Positions 10,365-19,653 of a stretch of DNA of 64,000 nucleotides are shown one piece after another. Within the stretch, counting starts at the first letter, position 1; each line of letters begins with the position of its first letter. The notes under the pieces were generated by a model that saw only the letters and a list, made by a program, of their open reading frames with translations, did no database searches and was not told where the DNA came from. The position numbers and the translations under genes were made by a program. The DNA is from Paracoccaceae bacterium (GTDB taxonomy: Bacteria > Pseudomonadota > Alphaproteobacteria > Rhodobacterales > Rhodobacteraceae), in assembly GCA_029242355.1 (NCBI GenBank), contig JAQWUC010000068.1:55797-119796 (forward strand). The letters run 5' to 3'.

Positions 10365-11474
10365 TTACCCAAAAATCCGTTTTTCAATATTGTTGATCTT
10401 ACCCGAAACAAAATCATTAAATTCTTTTGATGGCTGCTGTCCATCAATTCTTGACTTTAAAGGGTCAAAAACTTCTATTACAGATCCTGACATTTCTTGA
10501 AGAACTGCGTGACCACAAAAAGGTACATGCAACTCAGAATACCCCCCCTCATGAGCCATAACAAATTTACCATCACAATGATTTTCAGCAAGGTGTATTA
10601 TTGACCTTGTCATTTCTCGAAATGTATTGGCACCACAAAGCATACGACTTAACGGATCAACGCCAGATGCATCAAAACCACAGGCGACAATAATAAGATC
10701 AGGTTTATAGAGGTTAATAGAAGGCTCAACTAATCTCTTCATTGTTTGCACATAAACCTCATGCCCACTTCCAGGGGGTAACGGAATATTTAAATTAAAT
10801 CCCAAACCGCCGGCCTCCCCTCTTTGGCTAATATCCCCAGTATTCAAAGGATAATTGCGTTCTTGATGTACAGAAATAGTGAGAACATTAGGATCTGTGT
10901 AAAAAATATTTTCAGTTCCATTTCCATGATGGACATCCCAATCAACAATCGCTACACGCTCAACCTCTTTATTAGCCTGAGCGGCCCTAACCGCCACTCC
11001 GATATTATTTAGCAAACAAAAACCATTTGGTACATCAGGTAAACAATGATGACCTGGGGGCCTTGATAAAGCATAAGCATTATTGAAATCGCCACTCATT
11101 ACAGAGCTAACAGCGGATACGACAAGTCCTGCAGATCGAGATGCAATCTCAAAACCACCAGGGCCAAAAGGAACTTGACGGCCAAGTTCACCGCCTCCCT
11201 CTTCACTTAAAGACATAAATTCTTTAATATATTTTTTTGTGTGTACAAGCATAAGTTCTTCTACGGTCGCTCTGCGGGATGACAAAATATCAATATCTTT
11301 AGCTAATCCAGATACCTCAATCAAATTTTTAAAACGCCGTTTTGTCTCTGGGTTCTCAGGCAATCCACCGGCCGCTAAAGGTTGAACAAATCCACCAACA
11401 GGAACGGTAAATGCATAATTACCGCCACTATGCCATAAGCACTCCTCATGAAAGAAAAATCCTGTTTTATTCAT
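10365..11474 (-). CDS. Histone-deacetylase-family amidohydrolase (acetylpolyamine/acetoin-utilisation type)
   Basis: Motifs RPPGHH, DWDVHHGNGT, CGFDA and EGGY. The start is taken at the ATG at 11474 (MNKTGFFFHEEC); the upstream 23 codons of the track ORF are judged non-coding. Confidence 0.85.
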   Translation of the reverse strand: MNKTGFFFHEECLWHSGGNYAFTVPVGGFVQPLAAGGLPENPETKRRFKNLIEVSGLAKDIDILSSRRATVEELMLVHTKKYIKEFMSLSEEGGGELGRQVPFGPGGFEIASRSAGLVVSAVSSVMSGDFNNAYALSRPPGHHCLPDVPNGFCLLNNIGVAVRAAQANKEVERVAIVDWDVHHGNGTENIFYTDPNVLTISVHQERNYPLNTGDISQRGEAGGLGFNLNIPLPPGSGHEVYVQTMKRLVEPSINLYKPDLIIVACGFDASGVDPLSRMLCGANTFREMTRSIIHLAENHCDGKFVMAHEGGYSELHVPFCGHAVLQEMSGSVIEVFDPLKSRIDGQQPSKEFNDFVSGKINNIEKRIFG

Positions 11475-11633
11475 AAAATCACCAAAACTAAGAGAAACAT
11501 CTAGATAATGATTAATGTAACCAACAAAACCTAAGCGCCACAAGAAATAAAATTATTTCCTAGACAATTACTATGCTTATTGCCTTATGTTAAAACAAAA
11601 CCTTACTACAAATACCAAAATAAGGAAATTCGT

Positions 11634-12617
11634 ATGTCAACCAAATATGAAAAATCAATGATGGAAAATTTATATTGGTGGGGTGTTCCGACTCTCTTTC
11701 GATGCCCACAACAATCATTAAAAGCGCAGGATATTGCTTTGATTGGGGTTCCTCATTCAAGCGGAAATGGGACAACTGAGAGAGATCAACACCTAGGACC
11801 AAGAGCGGTTAGAAACATCTCAAGCCTGCAAAGGCGAGCTCATAGCAAATTTAAACTCGACCCTTGGGCATCAATAGATATTATAGACGCTGGAGACGTT
11901 CCATTTCCAAAAGCAAATGATAACGAAGATTGCATAAACCAAATAACTAAATTTTACAAAAGAGTTGATAAGAAAAAAATTTCACCTGTATCAATCGTCG
12001 GTGATCACTCTAAAACTGGTGGAATACTTCAAGCATTAGGCAATGGAGCCTTAAGTAATGGACAACCTATTTCTATACTGCATTTAGATGCTCATACTGA
12101 TGTTTTTACAAAAGTGCCCCATTTTTTAGGAGCAAAAAAATCAGCAGCCCACTGGGGAGCATATTTAGTGGACCAAGGAAATGTAAACCCTAAGAGTTCG
12201 ATGCAGATTGGCTTGAGAGGACATCCTAGAACACTAGACTGGTTAGAGCCATCTTATGAATATGGTTACAATGTCATAACTATGAAAGAATATAATGGAA
12301 GAGGATCTGCGGACGTTATAACTGAAATTAAAGAATGCTTGGCTGATAATCCCATATACATTACTTTTGATCTAGATTGTCTTGATCCTACAATTGCTCC
12401 TGGCGTATCCAACCTTGAACCAGGAGAGGACGGATTTGGAATGAACCAAGCGGTCGAAATTTTACAGTCAGTGCGTGGTTTGAACGTTATTGGTGGTGAC
12501 GTTGTTTGTCTAATGCCAACAAAAGATTCACCAAATCAAATTACGGCAATGCGGGCTGCAGCAATAATGTTCGAGATGATTTGTTTAATTGGCGAAAATA
12601 AAATCAAATCAAAATAG
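11634..12617 (+). CDS. Arginase-fold ureohydrolase (agmatinase / guanidino-acid hydrolase family)
   Basis: Mn-ligand motifs VGDHS, HLDAHTD, FDLDCLDP and GGDVV. The ATG at 11634 is preceded by AAGGAA. Confidence 0.85.
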   Translation: MSTKYEKSMMENLYWWGVPTLFRCPQQSLKAQDIALIGVPHSSGNGTTERDQHLGPRAVRNISSLQRRAHSKFKLDPWASIDIIDAGDVPFPKANDNEDCINQITKFYKRVDKKKISPVSIVGDHSKTGGILQALGNGALSNGQPISILHLDAHTDVFTKVPHFLGAKKSAAHWGAYLVDQGNVNPKSSMQIGLRGHPRTLDWLEPSYEYGYNVITMKEYNGRGSADVITEIKECLADNPIYITFDLDCLDPTIAPGVSNLEPGEDGFGMNQAVEILQSVRGLNVIGGDVVCLMPTKDSPNQITAMRAAAIMFEMICLIGENKIKSK

Positions 12618-12631
12618 ATGACCTTTATTCA

Positions 12632-13234
12632 TCATACCCCCGCTGGATTATCAACTTTTCGTCCTATCGATTTAAGGTCGGAATATCGGTCTCCAATTCG
12701 GTGGTGGGGTCTTCCACCTGTTGCCCCGCCAAGGGCAACAACAATCTCATCCGGTGCTGGAGCATCGTAAATCGAAAATTGTACAGTTATATAATGCGAT
12801 CTTCGTCCTGTATCATGTTTATCCATCAAAGGAATATTGATTTGAGTATTTGCAGGGCCTCTGGAATTAGTAAACCCTAGATAACTTTTAGCCTTTACGG
12901 CTTCTCTATAAAAATTTCCAAACCTTAAAGTATGAATTATGGCAGAAGCATGTTCAATTTCACAGCACGAACCCGCTATCGCTGCCTTCCCATACGCTTC
13001 TATGTTATTGCCAGACCCAGCTAAATTTATTATTTTATCTGACAAAAGCTTCCCAATTACTGGAGCAATGCGATTTATTTCCGGTGATAAATCTTCCACA
13101 AAATCCCTACCTTTCCAAGGATTTTCTAACACAGCTGCAACTCCAAAAATTTTAAGTTGATCTTTAGCATCTCGGCCACCCTCGCGAAATATCTCTTCCT
13201 CAAAAGCTATCACTTTTCTTAATTCAGTAACCAT
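12632..13234 (-). CDS. 'Amino acid synthesis' family protein (DUF1185-like), function unknown
   Basis: 200 aa. LRKVIAFEEEIFREGGR...VLENPWKGRDFVEDLSPE resembles my memory of this family. Not verified by search. Confidence 0.55.
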   Translation of the reverse strand: MVTELRKVIAFEEEIFREGGRDAKDQLKIFGVAAVLENPWKGRDFVEDLSPEINRIAPVIGKLLSDKIINLAGSGNNIEAYGKAAIAGSCCEIEHASAIIHTLRFGNFYREAVKAKSYLGFTNSRGPANTQINIPLMDKHDTGRRSHYITVQFSIYDAPAPDEIVVALGGATGGRPHHRIGDRYSDLKSIGRKVDNPAGV

Positions 13235-13285
13235 TATTATTATACCTCTCAGTTCTTTAGATCTAATGTTCTTTGTAAATATATT

Positions 13286-14944
13286 TCATTCTTGGTTGTT
13301 CACATATCCACCCTTAAAATATAGTAAAGGGTCTCCTGTTTTAAATTTTAAATCAACTACTCTTCCTATTAAAATTGTATGATCCCCAGCATCAATGATT
13401 TTTTCTCGCGCACAAACAAATTTTGACAAAGACCCACGAAGAATAGGTATATCTTTAAACCCCCTTTCCCAATCGTCAGAGAGGAATTTTTTATCACTTT
13501 GCGTTGAAAATAATGTAGAGACACCCCTCTGCTTTTTATTCAACACATTAATCCCAAAATAGTTAGCTTTATTAAAAACTTCATAACTTAAAGCTTTCTT
13601 AGAGAGACAGACTAATAAAAGTGGTGGATCAAGAGATACTGACGTAAATGAATTCGCCGTAAACCCCCGAGGGGTTCCATCAGCCTGAAGCGTAGTGATG
13701 ACTGTAACGCCTGTCGTGAAGTTTCCAAATGCTTCACGTAATTTTGAAGGAGTTACATTACCGTTATAGACCTTATCTCCTGAAGAAAAATAATCGGTAT
13801 TGTGTTCGCCTAAGCTGGGTGGGGATGTTAATTGTGGCTTTTCGCTTAAGTTAAAGTTTAATGGGTTTGATGCTACCAGCCAAGATTCAGAAGGCTTGTA
13901 TGGTTTCGCAACCTTACTAATCATTTTTCTTTTGACGGTATGAGAGTCGTTTATAATATCCTTTACATTGTTCACTGGCCCAAAAGGAACAATACCGCCA
14001 AGTCTTTCAAAAAGCTCTTCCTTAGACAGTACAGAAGTCCATTTAGAGACAGTTTCGTTAACTTCTTCAATATTTTTTTTCCGTGCTAAAAGAGTTGCAA
14101 ACTTTTCATTCTTGATAAACTCTGGAGATCCAATTGCTGTCACTAGCTCCACCCAGAAACGGTCTTCAACTACGCCGATTGCGACCTTTCCATTGGAGGC
14201 AGGGAATATCCCGAATGGAGCAAGAAAAGGATGGCTATTACCTCCAGCACTTGGAATTTTTCCTTCGATGTCATATTGATAAACCGCGCGTTCGCATAAG
14301 CTAATCATGGCATCATACATTGAAATATCAACAAACTGCCCTCTTCCAGTAGATTCTGCATCTCTTAGAGCAGCGACCACACCGAAAGATAAAAAAAGAC
14401 CACTGAAAATATCTCCAATTCCAGGTCCTACCTTTACCACTTTTTCTGGATTTTCTCCAGTAAGATTAATCACCCCGCCCATGGCCTGTGCTACAACATC
14501 GTAGGACGGCCATTGCATATATGGGCTACCACCAGAACGTGGGTCACCAAATCCGCGAATTGCTCCATAAACTAGTTTTGGATTAATCTTTTGAAGTTCT
14601 TCGAATGACAGTCCCAAGCGCTCCATAACTCCTGGACGAAAATTTTCAATCAAAATATCTGTTGTTCGAACTAATTCACAAAAATTGTTTTTCCCATCTT
14701 TGGTCTTAAGATCAAGCTGTACACTTTTTTTATTCCGATTTAAACTAACAAAATAGCCAGCCCACTTTTTTTCCGTGTCGCAGGCGTCATATGGACCATT
14801 AAACCGACTTGTATCGCCATTCTTATCTTCAATTTTTATAACCTCTGCACCATGATCAGCTAAGACCATAGTTGAATAAGGCCCTGATAACATTCGAGTC
14901 AGGTCTAAAACACGAACACCTGATAAAATACCTTGTCTCTGCAA
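13286..14944 (-). CDS. Fusion protein: family-III (CaiB/BaiF) CoA-transferase with a C-terminal flavin-reductase-like domain
   Basis: N-terminus GILSGVRVLDLTRMLSGPYSTMVLADHGAEVIKIE is a CaiB/BaiF signature. The C-terminal ~150 aa (LREAFGNFTTGVTVITTLQADGTPRGFTANSFTSVSLDPPLLLVCL) are HpaC/flavin-reductase-like. The start is a TTG 1 nt from the upstream stop. Confidence 0.8.
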   Translation of the reverse strand: MQRQGILSGVRVLDLTRMLSGPYSTMVLADHGAEVIKIEDKNGDTSRFNGPYDACDTEKKWAGYFVSLNRNKKSVQLDLKTKDGKNNFCELVRTTDILIENFRPGVMERLGLSFEELQKINPKLVYGAIRGFGDPRSGGSPYMQWPSYDVVAQAMGGVINLTGENPEKVVKVGPGIGDIFSGLFLSFGVVAALRDAESTGRGQFVDISMYDAMISLCERAVYQYDIEGKIPSAGGNSHPFLAPFGIFPASNGKVAIGVVEDRFWVELVTAIGSPEFIKNEKFATLLARKKNIEEVNETVSKWTSVLSKEELFERLGGIVPFGPVNNVKDIINDSHTVKRKMISKVAKPYKPSESWLVASNPLNFNLSEKPQLTSPPSLGEHNTDYFSSGDKVYNGNVTPSKLREAFGNFTTGVTVITTLQADGTPRGFTANSFTSVSLDPPLLLVCLSKKALSYEVFNKANYFGINVLNKKQRGVSTLFSTQSDKKFLSDDWERGFKDIPILRGSLSKFVCAREKIIDAGDHTILIGRVVDLKFKTGDPLLYFKGGYVNNQE

Positions 14945-14945
14945 G

Positions 14946-15755
14946 TTATCGTTCCTCCAATTGGATCATTGCTAGAAAGTTATTAAGATGCTCATACATC
15001 TCTTGAGGCCGTTCAAACAACGCCATGTGCCGCAGACCATTTATAATTACAACTTTTGAGTTTGCAATTTCAGCTGCAATCGATCGTGCCATTTCAGGGC
15101 CATTTCCATAATCTTGATCAGCTGTAACAACCAAGGTTGGACACTGTATCATTTCTTCAAGGCCAATCACCTCAGTGACCCCATCAACTAAAACTTTATA
15201 ATTTTTACTGTAAATATCAGTATCATTGGCAAGGACCCAGGAACGCACTAAGTCGATCTTCCTTTCATTATTTTTTGTAAATTTTACGGTGAACCAACGT
15301 GTGATTGCGTCATCTATTGTAGCTGACGGACCATACTCTTTTACCTGATAATATCGCTTAAGGACCGCATCTTGGGCTAGACTAGTTCTTTTGTAGGGGG
15401 AGTTGAGAATAGCCAATCCTTTTACCATAGAAGTGTGGGTTTTACAAAAATGGCGAGCAATCATGCCACCAAGCGAAAAACCCATTATTATAACTTTTGA
15501 GAATTGTAATTCAATTAAAAGAGAATAAAGTTGTTCAGTAAAGGTTAATAGCGATGGATCTTCTTTTGATCTTCTCGACAACCCATGCCCGAAAAGGTCA
15601 TAGCTTAGCACACAATAATTCTCTTTAAGTTTATCAACATGATAGCTCCACAGATTTTTATTTAATCCCAAACCGTGAATAAGAACTACTACGGGTCGAC
15701 TTTTCGTTCCCAAAAGACTATACGAAGTTCCGTTATTGGACATATAATTTTTCAT
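14946..15755 (-). CDS. Alpha/beta-fold hydrolase
   Basis: HG oxyanion motif (VVVLIHGLG), nucleophile elbow GFSLGG, 269 aa. Confidence 0.8.
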   Translation of the reverse strand: MKNYMSNNGTSYSLLGTKSRPVVVLIHGLGLNKNLWSYHVDKLKENYCVLSYDLFGHGLSRRSKEDPSLLTFTEQLYSLLIELQFSKVIIMGFSLGGMIARHFCKTHTSMVKGLAILNSPYKRTSLAQDAVLKRYYQVKEYGPSATIDDAITRWFTVKFTKNNERKIDLVRSWVLANDTDIYSKNYKVLVDGVTEVIGLEEMIQCPTLVVTADQDYGNGPEMARSIAAEIANSKVVIINGLRHMALFERPQEMYEHLNNFLAMIQLEER

Positions 15756-15767
15756 GCTGCGATTTAC

Positions 15768-16157
15768 CTATGAGCCAACATAGGCTACCACTTCAATTTC
15801 AACTCGAACATCGACAAGTAATTCACTTATGACTGCCGAACGTGCAGGTGGATCGTTGGGGAAATACCTGCCATAAACTTCGTTAAAACCAGCAAAATCT
15901 GACCGTTCTCGTAGCCAGACCATGGCTTTAACAACATCAGTAAGATCACAATTAGCTTCCTTGAGTGTCTTTTGGATTTCCTTTATCACTACCTCAGTTT
16001 GCTCTTCAACTGAACCACTCGTCATCGGCGCTCCATCTTTAAACGGTATTTGTCCAGTCAAAAAAATAAAATCGCCAGCCCTAATCGCCTTTGACAGAGA
16101 TAATTTACGGCCGTTAATAATTATAGGATCTCCAATAACTTTCTTTTTCTTTTTCAT
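15768..16157 (-). CDS. RidA/YjgF-family enamine/imine deaminase
   Basis: FIFLTGQIPF...ARSAV...VEIEVVA pattern. The ATG at 16157 (MKKKKKVIG) has AGGAGA 8 nt upstream, so I prefer it to the track's GTG at 16175. Confidence 0.8.
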   Translation of the reverse strand: MKKKKKVIGDPIIINGRKLSLSKAIRAGDFIFLTGQIPFKDGAPMTSGSVEEQTEVVIKEIQKTLKEANCDLTDVVKAMVWLRERSDFAGFNEVYGRYFPNDPPARSAVISELLVDVRVEIEVVAYVGS

Positions 16158-16294
16158 AGTAATTTCTCCTGACACGATTACGCATCAAAAAAATAAAACT
16201 TATAAGTTTTTTTCGACTTAATGTGTCGAATTTTCTTACAAATTTTTATTTTTAACGATCACAATGAGAGATGATAACTAGGAGGTTACTTTCG

Positions 16295-17776
16295 ATGGAT
16301 AATATAACCACATATCAAATGCTTATTAATGGTGACTGGACAGACGCATCTGATGGTAAAAATTTTAACAGCACCAATCCATCAACAGGAGAAATCTGGA
16401 GTACTATCCCTGAAGCTACAGAACAAGACGTCAATAGAGCAATAGAGAGCGCTCATGAAGCTTTCACAGAGGGTCCATGGTCAAAAATGACGCCAACTGA
16501 ACGAGGAGAGTGTTTGCGAAATCTGGGAACACTTCTTGCTGAAAATTCAGAACACTTAGGAAAAATTGAAAGTATTGATACTGGAAAGATGCTAAAAGAG
16601 ACCCGATGGCAAGCAAAATACATTTCTCAGTTTTTTAATTTTTTTGGAGGAAGTGCTGATAAAGTAAGTGGAGAAACTCTGCCTATTGATAAACCAGACC
16701 TATTTGTATTCACTAGCCGCGAGCCTTTAGGTGTTATTGCTGCTGTTGTCCCCTGGAACTCCCAACTATTCCTTGTTGCTGTTAAAATTGGACCGGCTTT
16801 AGCTGCTGGAAATACTGTGGTGTTGAAAGCCTCTGAGCATGCATCGGCGGCGATGTTAGAATTTGGAAAATTGATAGATCAAGCGGGCATTCCGCCAGGC
16901 GTTGTGAATATTATCACAGGACACGGTGATCCGTGTGGAAAAGTCTTGACGTCCCATCCGAAGATAGCAAGAATTTCATTTACAGGAGGGCCCCAAGCAG
17001 CAAGAGAGGTTGTATTAAATTCAGCAGAAAATTTTGCTGAAGTTTCGCTCGAATTGGGAGGGAAATCGCCCTTTATAGTCTTTAACGATGCAAATCTCGA
17101 AAGCGCTGTAAATGCCTCTATTGCAGGAATATTTGGTGCGACTGGCCAAAGTTGCGTTGCAGGATCACGATTATACCTTCAAGAAGAAATTGCAGATGAA
17201 TTCCTCAATAAAATTGTTCAGCAAGCCAATGAGATTATACTGGGAGACCCTCTGGAAGAGGCTACCCAAATGGGGCCTCTTTGTACAAAAAGTCAATTAA
17301 GTCACATTAAAAATCAGATTTCCACTGCGCTTAGGGAGGGAGGCAAGATTCTTTGTGGTGGTGAGGCATGGGGAGATGGGGAAAGTTTATTCTTTAAACC
17401 AACAATCATTTCGTGCCCAAAGCAAAACCTTGAAATAGTTAATACGGAACTATTCGGACCAGTTTTGACAGTAATTAGATTTAAAACAGAGTCTGAAGTA
17501 ATTGAACTTGCGAACGATACCAAATACGGGCTTGCCGCAGGAATTTTCACAAAAGATGGCGCTCGATCCCTGAGAATGACAAAAGCTATAAAAGCTGGAA
17601 TTATTTGGGTAAATACCTATCGGGCGGTTTCTCCCATCGCACAATTTGGAGGATTTAAGCACTCAGGATTTGGTCGAGAAAGTGGTTTTCAGGCAATTTA
17701 TGATTATACCAGACCAAAAACAGTTTGGATAAATACATCCGATGAACCCATTAGTAACCCATTCGTAATGAGATAA
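16295..17776 (+). CDS. NAD(P)-dependent aldehyde dehydrogenase
   Basis: Motifs ELGGKSP, catalytic GQSCVAGSR and FGGFKHSGFGRE. AGGAGG lies 8 nt before the ATG at 16295. Confidence 0.9.
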   Translation: MDNITTYQMLINGDWTDASDGKNFNSTNPSTGEIWSTIPEATEQDVNRAIESAHEAFTEGPWSKMTPTERGECLRNLGTLLAENSEHLGKIESIDTGKMLKETRWQAKYISQFFNFFGGSADKVSGETLPIDKPDLFVFTSREPLGVIAAVVPWNSQLFLVAVKIGPALAAGNTVVLKASEHASAAMLEFGKLIDQAGIPPGVVNIITGHGDPCGKVLTSHPKIARISFTGGPQAAREVVLNSAENFAEVSLELGGKSPFIVFNDANLESAVNASIAGIFGATGQSCVAGSRLYLQEEIADEFLNKIVQQANEIILGDPLEEATQMGPLCTKSQLSHIKNQISTALREGGKILCGGEAWGDGESLFFKPTIISCPKQNLEIVNTELFGPVLTVIRFKTESEVIELANDTKYGLAAGIFTKDGARSLRMTKAIKAGIIWVNTYRAVSPIAQFGGFKHSGFGRESGFQAIYDYTRPKTVWINTSDEPISNPFVMR

Positions 17777-17794
17777 TAAAATAAAGGAAATCAC

Positions 17795-18832
17795 TTGAAA
17801 TTTCAGCTCGCAATAAACTTAGAGAGAGTAGACGACACCATTGATATGCAGGACGTTGCCAAGCATACCTTGGAAATGGTGCAGATGGCCGATAGAAATG
17901 ACTTTAACATAGTATGGGCAGCTGAACACCACGCATTAGAAATGACAATTGCCCCTAACCCATTTCAAATACTCACGTGGTGGGGCGCACATACAAATAA
18001 AATTAGATTAGGAACTGGCGTAGTAGCGGCACCCTATTGGCACCCTATTAAACTAGCTGGGGAAGCCGCTTTTACTGATTTAATAACTGATGGACGATTA
18101 GAGTTCGGAATTGGTTCAGGAGCTTACCAACGAGAGTTTGATCGAATGAAACCAGGATTAAAGCAGACAGATGGTTGGCGTTATATGCAAGAACTTTTAC
18201 CGGCTGTAAAACAACTGTGGAAAGGAGACTACGAACACAAAGGTGATTATTGGAAGTTTCCAACCTCAACATCAGTTCCAAAACCAATTCAAAAACCTCA
18301 TCCTCCCATTTGGGTAGCTGCAAGATCACCAATAACTTATGATTACGCCTTGAAAAACGATTGCAATGTAATGTGCTGGCCGTTCACTCGACCGCATGCA
18401 GAAGCCGAACTTTATAAGCGTTTATTTGAGGAAGCCATAGAAAAAACTCCTGGAGTGAGACGACCTACATTTGCTTTGATGCGGCATACTGCCGTTTATT
18501 CTAAAGAAGAAGATAAAGATATACCCATTACAGCAATTCAAAGAGTTTTAGGCCAGTTTGAAAACCTCTACAAAAACTTAGGAGACGTATCCAATGGATT
18601 TCCAAAACAAATACCCTTGGAAACTCTTACAAATAGGGCTGAATTTGATCCAAATATGCTACGAGAAAATCTTATGTTTGGAACTCCAAAGACAATTATT
18701 TCCAAATTAAAGAAATATGAAGAGCTTGGTGTTGACGAATTTATATATTATGCATCAATGGGGCTTGGGCTGAAGGAACAAAAAAAATCACTTGATCTAT
18801 TTTGTTCTGAGGTTATGCCCGCCTTCAAATAA
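17795..18832 (+). CDS. Luciferase-like (LLM) flavin-dependent monooxygenase/oxidoreductase
   Basis: 345 aa with the TIM-barrel LLM pattern (WAAEHH..., GRLEFGIGSG, PPIWVAA). TTG start. Confidence 0.8.
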   Translation: MKFQLAINLERVDDTIDMQDVAKHTLEMVQMADRNDFNIVWAAEHHALEMTIAPNPFQILTWWGAHTNKIRLGTGVVAAPYWHPIKLAGEAAFTDLITDGRLEFGIGSGAYQREFDRMKPGLKQTDGWRYMQELLPAVKQLWKGDYEHKGDYWKFPTSTSVPKPIQKPHPPIWVAARSPITYDYALKNDCNVMCWPFTRPHAEAELYKRLFEEAIEKTPGVRRPTFALMRHTAVYSKEEDKDIPITAIQRVLGQFENLYKNLGDVSNGFPKQIPLETLTNRAEFDPNMLRENLMFGTPKTIISKLKKYEELGVDEFIYYASMGLGLKEQKKSLDLFCSEVMPAFK

Positions 18833-18849
18833 AATTATAAGGATTACAT

Positions 18850-19653
18850 ATGACTAAAAATGTTGAAGTCACCCGAAATGGTCGGATTCTCGAAGTAAAA
18901 TTAGACCGACCAAAAGTAAATGCGATTGATGTTCAAACAAGTCGCGAACTAGGTGATGCCTTCGCATTGTTGAGAGACGACCCCGAACTTTGGGTAGCAA
19001 TTCTTACAGGCGGTGGAGATCGAATTTTTTCAGCGGGTTGGGATTTAAAGGCATTAAATTCAGGTGATATGACACTTGATAATTGGTGGGAAAATGATGA
19101 TTACGGCATTGGAGGATTTGCCGGCTTAACAGAAAATTGGAATCTAAATAAACCAGTTATTGCTGCTCTTAATGGACTTGCAATTGGAGGTGGTTTTGAA
19201 TTAGCAATCGCGTGTGATCTAATAATTGCAGCAGACCATGTTGAGTTTGGCCTCCCAGAGATGCCTTTGGGAATTGTTCCTGATGCCGGAGCACTGCAAA
19301 GACTACCACGCCTTATTCCGAAAAATATTGCTACTGAAATGTTCCTTCTAGGAAGAAGAATGGGTGCTTTAGAGGCAGCCCATTATGGTTTGATTAATAA
19401 AGTTGTTCCTGCAAAAGAATTAATGAATTCAGCACGAGATTGGGCAAGTCAATTAGCGCGATCAGCTCCTCTGGCACTCCAATCCGTGAAAGAGGTTGAA
19501 AGAGAAATTGAATGTATCCCTCTCGAGAATTCATTCAAAAAAATGAGAACTGAAAACCTACCAACTTATAAGAAAATGTTACAATCATCTGATGCCGCCG
19601 AAGGCGTTGCAGCATTTGTAGAAAAACGAGAGCCAAAATTTAAAGGCGAGTAA
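18850..19653 (+). CDS. caiD: Carnitinyl-CoA dehydratase / crotonobetainyl-CoA hydratase-like crotonase
   Basis: Collinear with remembered E. coli CaiD: TRNGRILEVKLDRPKVNAID, FSAGWDLKA, GGFAGLTE, LNKPVIAALNG..GGGFELA, EKREPKFKG at the C-terminus. Confidence 0.8.
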   Translation: MTKNVEVTRNGRILEVKLDRPKVNAIDVQTSRELGDAFALLRDDPELWVAILTGGGDRIFSAGWDLKALNSGDMTLDNWWENDDYGIGGFAGLTENWNLNKPVIAALNGLAIGGGFELAIACDLIIAADHVEFGLPEMPLGIVPDAGALQRLPRLIPKNIATEMFLLGRRMGALEAAHYGLINKVVPAKELMNSARDWASQLARSAPLALQSVKEVEREIECIPLENSFKKMRTENLPTYKKMLQSSDAAEGVAAFVEKREPKFKGE

